A stretch of 64,000 nucleotides of DNA from Candidatus Poribacteria bacterium (GTDB lineage Bacteria > Poribacteria > WGA-4E > PCPOR2b). The notes beneath the pieces are model-generated. The model was given only the letters and a program-made list of their open reading frames with translations. It was not told where the DNA came from and did not search any database. Position numbers and translations under genes: made by a program. The DNA lies in contig OZ242326.1 in NCBI GenBank assembly GCA_965208325.1, positions 512,001 through 576,000 on the forward strand, read 5' to 3'. Position 1 is the stretch's first letter. Each line of letters starts with the position of its first letter. Positions 18,455 through 27,476 of the stretch are shown here, one piece after another.

Positions 18455-20938
18455 TTACAAAACACTTATTGGGTCAATATCAACGATTACATCTACATCT
18501 TTCGTCGTGGCCGCAGGCTCAATTGCGCCAACGGCGCGTCTGGCGGTTTCGCGGAGGGTTTCAGCTTGTTCACACCGCAGCAGGAAATGCCAGCGGAACT
18601 TACCCATAATTTTTGAAAGCGGCGCGGCGACCGGACCACGAATTATAACGTCCGAGAATTCCTCTGTTTGTAACTTCTCTAAGCAGCTAAGTAGGCACGA
18701 TGCTACACGAATCACTTCCTTTTCAACTGGCCCGCGGATTAAAATGGTTGCCGCATGACTATAAGGTGGGTAAAGGAATTTCTCTCGATATCCGATTTCC
18801 TCTCGGTAAAAGCCGTGGTAGTCGTGTTCGCGTGATGCCTGAATACTGTAATGCTCGGGCATGTATGTTTGAATAATGACCTCGCCGCCTGCATGGCTGC
18901 GCCCGGATCGACCGGCGACCTGTGCTAGCAGATTGAACGCTCGCTCGCCAGCACGAAAGTCAGGCAGGTTGAGGGCGGTATCCGCGGAGATGACGCCAAC
19001 GAGTGTTACGTCGGGAAAATCTAAACCCTTGGCAATCATCTGTGTTCCGACTAGAATATCGATTTCGCCGGTTCTGAAGGCGCCTAAGATTTTACGGTGC
19101 GCATCTTTGTGCTTTGTCGAATCAGTGTCCATACGATTGACACTCGCCTTTGGAAACGCCTTAATCGCCTGCTCCTCGACCTGTTGCGTGCCAAGTCCAA
19201 AATACCGAAAGTAAATACTGCCGCATTGCGGGCAAACTTCTGGCGTCGGTCTTTCGTAACCACAGTGATGGCATACCAACCGTTTGGTATGATAATGGAA
19301 CGTCAGCGCGATTGAACAGTGCTTACAACGTTCGACATGCCCGCAAGTTCTGCAAAAAACATGTGTCGAGTAACCGCGGCGGTTCAGGAACAATATCACC
19401 TGTTCCTGTTGCGTCAACCGTTTTTCAATTCCCCTCCGCAGTGCAACTGAAAATATTGAGCGGTTACCCTTTTCTAATTCTTCGCGCATGTCGACAATCT
19501 GGACGGTTGGCATTTTAATATTGGAGACACGCGAGGGAAGATTGAGCAAATGGTAATTATCCGCCTTTGCGCGATAGAAACTTTCCATTGAAGGAGTAGC
19601 AGTCCCCAATATTACAGGGCAATTTGCCAATTCCGATCTTTTAATGGCAACATCGCGAGCATGATACCGGGGCGAGGCGTCTGTCTGTTTGTACGACGTT
19701 TCGTGCTCTTCATCAACCACAATCAGACCGAGATTTGGCATTGGAGCAAAAACTGCCGACCGCGGGCCCACGACTATGTCCGCCTCCCCGGCTTTAATTC
19801 GCTGCCACTGATCATATCGTTCTCCGTCTGATAGGTCGCTGTGTAGCACCGCTACCCGTTGCCCAAATCGCCCGACAAACCTAGAAATTGTTTGTGGCGT
19901 CAAGGCGATTTCTGGAACTAGGACAATCGTGCCTTTTTTCCGATTCAGGGCGATTGCAATCGAGCGCATGTAAATTTCTGTTTTACCACTGCCAGTGACG
20001 CCATGCAGCAGAAAAGGCGTTCTACGATTTTGATTGATTGCAGTCTGGATTGCACCCAACGCTATCGCTTGATCGGTGTTGAGCGTAATGACTTGCGTTG
20101 AGGGCAGCGCTTGCAGGCTGAGCGGATTTCGTACAGCCTTAACCCTTGTAATTCCAATTAGTGCTTTTCGTTCAAGCGCTCGCAAGGTCGACAGGCTAGT
20201 ATTAGTATGTTTGATGAGCTCGGTTGCAGGCCAGCTCAAATCCTGCCAGTTGTGCCTTTGGGCAAGTATTAACTCCAATAGCTGAGCTTGTTTCGGCGCA
20301 CGCTTTATTAATGCAGGCATCTGAGTCTCGACCTCAGCGATCGGCTTGGTTAATTTAACGACAAGTGTCGTCCGCGGTTTAGATTTAGATTGGAAATCCG
20401 ATTTGAGTTCAATTAACCCTTTTTCCCGCAACTTGGAAATAACCGGGCTCAATTTTGCATATTCACGTCCAAGTCTGCGAGAAAGTTGGTTCGGAGACAA
20501 TCCCCCGTGCTGTCGTAAAATCGACAGGATTCGGCTCTGCAGCGGCATCCGCTTCTTCATCATTTCAATTTGTTCATCAGTCGCTAGCAGATGAATCACG
20601 CGGCGTTGCTGTGTCCTCACGGCAGCCGGAATTGCAATCTTCAATGCCTCTCCCCATGACGACATGTAGTATTTGGCTATCCATTTTGTCAACGCCAGCA
20701 GTTCTTCCGAAAACGTCGGTGAGTCATCAAGGCAGTCAACGAGGGGCTTGATTTCGATGGATGGATCGGGGAGAACCAGTTGGTCAATCAACTCGATTAC
20801 GACGCCTTCGCGAACGCTGCGCCCTAACGCGGCAAGCACGCGAGTTCCAGGCTGTACGACTCGAGAGAGATGATTTGGGATTGCGTAGGAGAAGCGGAGA
20901 TCTTCAGGCAACGGGAAAGCCACGTTAGCATATTTCAT
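18455..20938 (-). CDS. priA: Primosomal protein N' (replication restart helicase)
   Basis: GVTGSGKT, DEEH, four CxxC pairs, KGLDFP, QVAGRSGR. Confidence 0.97.
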   Translation of the reverse strand: MKYANVAFPLPEDLRFSYAIPNHLSRVVQPGTRVLAALGRSVREGVVIELIDQLVLPDPSIEIKPLVDCLDDSPTFSEELLALTKWIAKYYMSSWGEALKIAIPAAVRTQQRRVIHLLATDEQIEMMKKRMPLQSRILSILRQHGGLSPNQLSRRLGREYAKLSPVISKLREKGLIELKSDFQSKSKPRTTLVVKLTKPIAEVETQMPALIKRAPKQAQLLELILAQRHNWQDLSWPATELIKHTNTSLSTLRALERKALIGITRVKAVRNPLSLQALPSTQVITLNTDQAIALGAIQTAINQNRRTPFLLHGVTGSGKTEIYMRSIAIALNRKKGTIVLVPEIALTPQTISRFVGRFGQRVAVLHSDLSDGERYDQWQRIKAGEADIVVGPRSAVFAPMPNLGLIVVDEEHETSYKQTDASPRYHARDVAIKRSELANCPVILGTATPSMESFYRAKADNYHLLNLPSRVSNIKMPTVQIVDMREELEKGNRSIFSVALRRGIEKRLTQQEQVILFLNRRGYSTHVFCRTCGHVERCKHCSIALTFHYHTKRLVCHHCGYERPTPEVCPQCGSIYFRYFGLGTQQVEEQAIKAFPKASVNRMDTDSTKHKDAHRKILGAFRTGEIDILVGTQMIAKGLDFPDVTLVGVISADTALNLPDFRAGERAFNLLAQVAGRSGRSHAGGEVIIQTYMPEHYSIQASREHDYHGFYREEIGYREKFLYPPYSHAATILIRGPVEKEVIRVASCLLSCLEKLQTEEFSDVIIRGPVAAPLSKIMGKFRWHFLLRCEQAETLRETARRAVGAIEPAATTKDVDVIVDIDPISVL

Positions 20939-21246
20939 AATCGTGGAATGTTAAATTTACGGTTAAACGCGCAGGGAGTAGAACGTCGGTAATTGCTTCC
21001 AAACACCATGACGAACATCGGATGGGGTGGACAATAATTTTCGCTGTAACGCTAAAAACATTGGGGCTTTCACCAAAACTTTTTCGTCCTGCCGTTACAG
21101 CATTACACATGCACTCTACCATATTTCGAGGTGCGGTGCAACATCAAATTAAACCCACTGTGCATGAACGAAGGTATCACTTTGGGTGCCCAATCTGCTT
21201 TAGAATGCATTGCCAACGGTTACCACACCTGCCACCCGGCATTCGA

Positions 21247-21275
21247 TTGACGGTCTGGACGTTTCATGCTAGAAT
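21247..21275 (+). promoter_or_regulatory. sigma70 promoter for comEC
   Basis: TTGACG-N17-TAGAAT with extended -10 TG. Confidence 0.65.
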
Positions 21276-21371
21276 ACGTCACAATTCGGTTGAAATAGAA
21301 CCGATCATCATTGGACTAATTCTTAAGGGTAACCGAAATTAATTTCCTCACAATTGCATCAAATACATTAG

Positions 21372-23816
21372 ATGCGCCGCCCCGCTCTTAACACAGTCAT
21401 TCCATACTCATTAGGCATCCTTGCCGGCAAAACCCTGCCAATCCCTAAATTTTGGACTTGGCTGATAATCCTGACATTTCTCACCGCGGGTTTCATCCTA
21501 CATCAGCGGCGCAAGTGTGCCATTCGTTTTGAAAATTTAGATGACACACGTTTCCCGCAAGCCCTTCTTCTGTTGGCAATCTTTGCCTGCGGCATACTTC
21601 GTGTGGGGATCGTCCTGAACTCTCCCTGCCCTTCGGAACTATACAATCAACCGGTGCGGTTTTCGGGACACTTGTCATATCAGCCTTTCCGCGGTGAATT
21701 GTGGGACGCGGGTTATGGAATCGGTACTATCGAATCCATTTCCGAGCCGGGTTTAATGGTGGAGATGAAAGTCTTGGTTCGTTTTCATGAACCGGTAGCA
21801 TTGTGGTACGGCGACCACATTGAAATTGAAGGTGTGTTGCGCCAACCAAAAGGAAGACGAAATCCGGGAGGATTCGATTACCGCGCTCATCTGGCACGTC
21901 AGAAAGTCTTCGGGATTTTTTATCCAAACCGCGATCAAGAAATTTCGCCAACCCATCAATCCGGAATTCCGCCATTGCGTTGGGCTGAACGCTTGCGTCG
22001 TCGCGTGGAAATTACAATTGATCGGCTATATCACGAGCAACCCGATCACATTCAAATTCTCAAGGGAATGCTATTAGGGAAGCGAAGCGAACTGCCCTCC
22101 TCTACATATGATGTTTTTCGCAATAGTGGAAGCCTTCATATTCTCGCAGTGTCGGGGTTGCACGTTGGATTGATTACAACCCTTTGTTTTCTAGGTTTTT
22201 CTCTCATCCAACTTCCCCGCAAGACAGTTTGCCTTCTCACCATTGCCTCAGTTATACTCTACGCCTGCTTGGTAGGATTTCGCCCATCAGTGTTGAGAGC
22301 GTCATTTATGGCAATCCTATTCCTAATCGCGCAGATGATTGATCGAGACGCCGATCTTGGCAATTTGCTCGCGTTTGCTGCATTATTTCTATTACTGATT
22401 AATCCTGCCCAATTGTGGAATATAGGTTTCCAACTTTCATTCGCTGCCGTGGCATGCATCATTTATCTTTTGCCCAAGTGGACGGCTTTCATTTCCCGTC
22501 ATTCTACTGATGGAAGTAACCACGCGGCGCATTCTATCTCACAGCTTGAAATAGCATGGGGAAGCGGTTGGAAGCGATCCGTCAAATGGTTGGTTCTTGC
22601 GTTTGGGGTAACGTTATCAGCGCAAGTAGGTACATTCCTTATCATCGCACGTAATTTTTGCCGTGTATATCCACTCGGGTTGATTGCAGGACCTTTCGTC
22701 GTTGGGTTAGCCGCCCCAATCGTCACCATAGCCTCAATCTCAATTATTCTTGGGATGATTTGGCTTCCGCTTGCAACGCCGTTCGTTTATGCGAACCACC
22801 TCATTCTCTTCATTTTTCTGAATATTGTCGAATTCTTCGGTCAACCCTGGGCGGGTGTAAAAATATCACCGCCCGGGTTAGGCTGGATTAGTGTTTACAT
22901 TGCAGTATGCGTAGCCATAACACACTTGCGCAGCGTGAAGGAGCATGCAGGTAAAGCGCTGATAATTGCCGCTTCAGTGCTTGCTATCTGGGTTTGGGAT
23001 GCCGCTTTGAAGGAAGACGGAAACCTTTTTGAGATTACGTTTCTTGATGTCGGACAGGGCGATGCAGCATTTGTCCGATTCCCTGACGGCAAAACTGTCC
23101 TGATCGATGGTGGTGCCAATCGGCGCGGCTTTGATAATGGTGAACGCGTCCTCGATCCATTTCTGTGCCGCAAGGGTGCATTCAGCCTGCATCTGCTCGT
23201 TCTGAGCCATCCGGACAACGATCACGGCGGCGGACTCGCTCACATACTGCGCGCGTTCGATGTCAAGCGCGTGCTCGGCGTGCCGCATCGAGTACTGCCG
23301 CCGCTGACTCACCGCTATTTGCATCAAATTGCCGATCAAAAAGGCGTGCCGCATGAGTTCGGTAATGCAGGGAATATTCAACTGACCTCGACTGGTCAGG
23401 TTGACCTATTACATCCTCGGGATGAAGCGTCGGTAAATCTCATGGATTCGGATATCAACAACGATTCGCTTGTGCTTAAGATTACTTATGGGAATGTACG
23501 GACGCTTTTTACGGGTGACATAAAGCAAGAAATTGAGCTCGATATAATCGCTGATGGTTACGATGTAAGTGCGGATATTCTCAAGGCTCCGCACCACGGC
23601 AGTGAATCATCCAGCGGTTCCGAATTTCTCGAAGCCGTGCGTCCGCAGGCAGCCATTTTTTCGGTCGGCACCCGAAATCGGTACGGCTTTCCAGCTGAAA
23701 AAGTTGTCAAGCGCTATGAAGAATTGGGCTGCCTCGTGTTGCGTACAGATCGGCTCGGTGCAATCAGTATAAGAACCGATGGACGCCGTTGCTGGATTAG
23801 GCAATACGCAGAATGA
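21372..23816 (+). CDS. comEC: DNA internalization competence protein ComEC/Rec2
   Basis: RNPGGFDY, HILAVSGLHV, GFQLSF, MBL domain DVGQGD / SHPDNDH / PHHGS. Confidence 0.95.
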   Translation: MRRPALNTVIPYSLGILAGKTLPIPKFWTWLIILTFLTAGFILHQRRKCAIRFENLDDTRFPQALLLLAIFACGILRVGIVLNSPCPSELYNQPVRFSGHLSYQPFRGELWDAGYGIGTIESISEPGLMVEMKVLVRFHEPVALWYGDHIEIEGVLRQPKGRRNPGGFDYRAHLARQKVFGIFYPNRDQEISPTHQSGIPPLRWAERLRRRVEITIDRLYHEQPDHIQILKGMLLGKRSELPSSTYDVFRNSGSLHILAVSGLHVGLITTLCFLGFSLIQLPRKTVCLLTIASVILYACLVGFRPSVLRASFMAILFLIAQMIDRDADLGNLLAFAALFLLLINPAQLWNIGFQLSFAAVACIIYLLPKWTAFISRHSTDGSNHAAHSISQLEIAWGSGWKRSVKWLVLAFGVTLSAQVGTFLIIARNFCRVYPLGLIAGPFVVGLAAPIVTIASISIILGMIWLPLATPFVYANHLILFIFLNIVEFFGQPWAGVKISPPGLGWISVYIAVCVAITHLRSVKEHAGKALIIAASVLAIWVWDAALKEDGNLFEITFLDVGQGDAAFVRFPDGKTVLIDGGANRRGFDNGERVLDPFLCRKGAFSLHLLVLSHPDNDHGGGLAHILRAFDVKRVLGVPHRVLPPLTHRYLHQIADQKGVPHEFGNAGNIQLTSTGQVDLLHPRDEASVNLMDSDINNDSLVLKITYGNVRTLFTGDIKQEIELDIIADGYDVSADILKAPHHGSESSSGSEFLEAVRPQAAIFSVGTRNRYGFPAEKVVKRYEELGCLVLRTDRLGAISIRTDGRRCWIRQYAE

Positions 23817-24080
23817 TAGCCGTTTACAGCCATATGGATTTGCCTAGATTGCTCAACCATCCGATGGGATTCAACCGCCCAAAGTTTGATGGTAGTGTGC
23901 ACGATTGGTATTCCGCTTTTTCCTTTTGACATAAAAGCCCAGCAATGATAGACTCTATCGTGAGAATAGCTGAGAGAAAAAGCGTAGATTCCACTGATTA
24001 TCCACCAAACCCGATGACAATCTCTGGACAACGCTTTATACAACAACGGCCGTGGTTGACGATATCGGTAGAGAGTGAAC

Positions 24081-25646
24081 ATGAAAGTCGTTACCGCAAA
24101 CGAGATGCGTCAGATTGACCAACAGACGATTCACGGTATCGGGATTCCCGGTACCGTGCTCATGGAATATGCCGGCGGAGCGGTCGTCGCAGCAATTCAA
24201 AAGCACTTCTCAGAATGTCGGCGTGTCGCCGTTGTGGTAGGCAAGGGGAATAATGGCGGAGATGGATTGGTCGTTGCCAGAAAACTTTCGCTTGCGGGTC
24301 TGTCCGTTAAGGTTATTCTCGTTTCTCCACCCCATGAATTCACGGGCGATGCCTTAATCAATTTGCAGATTGCCCAGAATCTCAATCTCCCCATTGCGCA
24401 AGCGCTTTCTCCACCCGATCTCGAGCAGTTGCAACCCCAGATATCGGAACACGATTTAATTGTCGATGCAATTTTTGGTACGGGCCTGCGGGGAGCAGTT
24501 CGCGGTTTTGTTGCTAGCGTCATTGCGTGTATTAACGATAGCAGTGCTCCGATTGTCGCCATCGATCTTCCCTCTGGCTTACAAGCGGATACAGGTGCAA
24601 TAGAGGGCGCGTGCGTCAATGCTACCTATACCGTCACAATAGGGCTGCCCAAGCGTGGATTGCTAATTCATCCGGGCGCGGACACGACCGGAACACTGGA
24701 AATCGCCGATATCGGGTTCCCTCCTAAAGTCGTCGAGTCATTAATGGTTCGAGTGAATTGGACTAGGTTGGGCGATGCCTTTAAATTAATTCCGCCGCGC
24801 TGCCGCAATTCACACAAAGGGACGTATGGGCGTGTTTTTGTGGCGGCGGCGTCTGCCGGTATGACCGGTGCCGCAACGCTAACCAGCCAAGCGGCATACC
24901 GTGTCGGTGCTGGTTTGGTGACCGTCGGCATACCCAAAAGCCTCAACCCAATTTTAGAAGCTAAACTGACCGAGGTGATGACTCTGCCGTTGTGCGAGAC
25001 GAATGTGAAAACCTTGGCGCTAGATGCAGGTTCGCAAATTCTCGAATTTGTCGAAAAGACGGAATCTATTCTAGCAATTGGGCCTGGACTCTCACGACAT
25101 CCCGAAACGGTTTCACTCGTTCACAACCTAATTCGCAAAAGCGAACGTCCAATCGTCATTGACGCCGATGGGTTGAATGCTCTCGCAAAATCGACGAAGT
25201 TGCTCTCAAATTTGCCGCCCCAGACCGTGCTGACCCCGCATCCCGGTGAAATGGCACGGCTCATTGGCGGGACAGTCTCCGAAGTTGAAGGCGATCGAAT
25301 TGGCATTGCACAGCAGTTTGCGCAGGGACATGACATCACTCTTGTTCTCAAAGGAGCTCCGACGGTCATTGCAAGTGGAAGCGGCACTGTGTGGATTAAC
25401 TCCACCGGCAATTCTGGTATGGCGACCGGGGGTATGGGTGACGTACTGACTGGAGTAATTGCTGGATTAATGGCTCAGCAATCATCAAGTCTCAATGCTG
25501 CGATACTAGGTGTATACCTCCACGGACTAGCAGCGGACATCGCTGCCGAATCAATCGGAGTTCACGGATTGATGGCAGGAGATGTGTTGGACGCACTCCC
25601 TAATGCGATTCAAGAGTGCCTCGGTAGTAGATTGGGATTAACGTGA
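24081..25646 (+). CDS. nnr: Bifunctional NAD(P)H-hydrate epimerase/dehydratase (YjeF)
   Basis: GKGNNGGDG, DAIFGTG, DLPSG, HKGTYG, TPHPGE, GMGDVLTG. Start may be GTG 24075. Confidence 0.95.
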   Translation: MKVVTANEMRQIDQQTIHGIGIPGTVLMEYAGGAVVAAIQKHFSECRRVAVVVGKGNNGGDGLVVARKLSLAGLSVKVILVSPPHEFTGDALINLQIAQNLNLPIAQALSPPDLEQLQPQISEHDLIVDAIFGTGLRGAVRGFVASVIACINDSSAPIVAIDLPSGLQADTGAIEGACVNATYTVTIGLPKRGLLIHPGADTTGTLEIADIGFPPKVVESLMVRVNWTRLGDAFKLIPPRCRNSHKGTYGRVFVAAASAGMTGAATLTSQAAYRVGAGLVTVGIPKSLNPILEAKLTEVMTLPLCETNVKTLALDAGSQILEFVEKTESILAIGPGLSRHPETVSLVHNLIRKSERPIVIDADGLNALAKSTKLLSNLPPQTVLTPHPGEMARLIGGTVSEVEGDRIGIAQQFAQGHDITLVLKGAPTVIASGSGTVWINSTGNSGMATGGMGDVLTGVIAGLMAQQSSSLNAAILGVYLHGLAADIAAESIGVHGLMAGDVLDALPNAIQECLGSRLGLT

Positions 25647-25878
25647 AAGCACTCGTCCAACTTGCAGGCATTTCAATTACATCGGTTTATTGTTGGATAA
25701 AATGAAACCCAAACACTCAGTTTGACGTGCTGTGTATAGAATATGGGGTTTCAGTCATATGTCGAATTTTCTTAGTAGAAAAATAACCTCTGAGTTTCCA
25801 TTGTAACGCTGGGCGTCTTTGGTTAGTTATGTCAACCCATCCTATGGAGTTTTTTAAACATAACATTAGGAGAATCAG

Positions 25879-26661
25879 ATGGATCTCAATTTAACAGGAA
25901 AAGTCGCTGTCATCACAGGCGGCAGTGAAGGTACGGGATACGCCGTGGCGATGCGGCTTTCTGAGTGCGGCGCAAAAGTTGCAATCTGTGCGCGGAGGGA
26001 AGCTGTCCTGAAGCAGGCAGCACAGGACATACAACATAAGACCGGGAACGATGCACTCGCCATTTCCGCCGATGTTACAATACCCGAAGCGTTGGAGGAA
26101 TTTGTTCGCCGAGTCATTGAACACTTCGGGCGAATCGATATTCTTATCAACAACGCCGGACGGGCGACGGGGGCACCCTTTGAGAAGGTTACCGATGAGG
26201 ATTGGTACGAAGATTTAAATCTTAAGTTGATGGCGGCTGTGCGTTGCTCGCGGCTGATTATCCCTCAAATGAGAGCCGCTGGCGGCGGCCGCATAATAAA
26301 CATTACACACCCCGGCGGAAAACAGCCCGGCGCCGGCACCTGTCCGACTTCGGTTAGCCGTGCGGCGGGAATCGCTTTGACTAAAGCCCTATCCAAGGAT
26401 TTACTGCCTGACAAAATTCTGGTCAATACGGTCTGTTTGACCTCCATCAAGACAGCGCAAGGTGTTCGCGGCTGGCGAGCACAAGGATCGCCGGGCACCC
26501 TTGAGGAATACTGGAGACAGCAGGGAAAAAACCATCCGCTTGGGCGTCTCGGAGAAGCCGCTGAAGTCGCGGATTTGGTTGCCTTCCTCGTATCGGATCG
26601 CGCGGAATTTATTACCGGAACGGCAATAAACATTGACGGCGGCCTATCAGCGGTAGTCTGA
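25879..26661 (+). CDS. SDR family oxidoreductase, atypical active site
   Basis: TGGSEGTG, NNAG, IDGG; TSVSR at the YxxxK position; AGGAG RBS. Confidence 0.88.
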   Translation: MDLNLTGKVAVITGGSEGTGYAVAMRLSECGAKVAICARREAVLKQAAQDIQHKTGNDALAISADVTIPEALEEFVRRVIEHFGRIDILINNAGRATGAPFEKVTDEDWYEDLNLKLMAAVRCSRLIIPQMRAAGGGRIINITHPGGKQPGAGTCPTSVSRAAGIALTKALSKDLLPDKILVNTVCLTSIKTAQGVRGWRAQGSPGTLEEYWRQQGKNHPLGRLGEAAEVADLVAFLVSDRAEFITGTAINIDGGLSAVV

Positions 26662-26871
26662 TAGCGGCTTGACCAACACCGCGCTGTTAAAAAGCATCAC
26701 AATGCTTTCAATGGAAGTGGATGCATTAATGTCGATACCGATGAATCGGCAATCCGAGTCAGGTCACTGTTACGCTGCAAACAGGATTTCCGATCGTTCG
26801 TCGAAAATTCCTGCAACGCGGGGACGTGAATAATACCATATGTAAACCTGTCTCTAGAAGGGGATGAGTAA

Positions 26872-27414
26872 ATGACTTTAGGGGAGGTTTTTGATTTATC
26901 TCAGGATATTGAATTAAGGCACGCGAAATTATATGCGTCACTCTCTCTTATGCTGGGCGATGTTGATGAACGGGTCGCACGATTTTGGCAAAATATGAGC
27001 GCCGAGGAGTGGCAACACTATATTCTCATCGATTTCGGGCGTTCATTGTGTGCCCGCGCGTTTGGACTAGATGCGCCGTCGACAGGATTGCCCGAAACAT
27101 CCATCCAACGAATCGTTCGGGCGTTAGATGAACACGAACGTCGAGTGAACGAAAAGCCAATTACCCTAAATGAAGCGTTTGAAATTGCCATCGCTATTGA
27201 AGGAAGCGAAGCGGACACAATTTATATGGATCTGCTGGACACGATAAAAAGAGCAATCTATAAGGGTAAGCAGACCTACCTCCTAAGCCGAGTCTCCCAA
27301 ATTGAAAAAGATGTGCAGGCTCACGTGGATCGTCTGATTGATGCAACCAAAAACTTCGCCAAAGATCCGGATCTCGTCCGGAGGGCACTCAGCTTGAAAG
27401 ATCACCATCATTGA
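26872..27414 (+). CDS. Ferritin-like/rubrerythrin-like four-helix protein
   Basis: IEL..AKLY, FWQNMSAEEWQH (ExxH), AIEGSEADTIY, AHV pattern. Confidence 0.65.
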   Translation: MTLGEVFDLSQDIELRHAKLYASLSLMLGDVDERVARFWQNMSAEEWQHYILIDFGRSLCARAFGLDAPSTGLPETSIQRIVRALDEHERRVNEKPITLNEAFEIAIAIEGSEADTIYMDLLDTIKRAIYKGKQTYLLSRVSQIEKDVQAHVDRLIDATKNFAKDPDLVRRALSLKDHHH

Positions 27415-27476
27415 ATGCTTACGGAAGCAAGGTGACGACTTAGTATCGCCAATACGGCAGTCATGAGTGCAATGAC

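Noticed and set aside
21022..21342. 106-aa ORF between priA and comEC
   Set aside because: Spans the comEC promoter, has no RBS or recognisable motifs; likely non-coding divergent promoter DNA.
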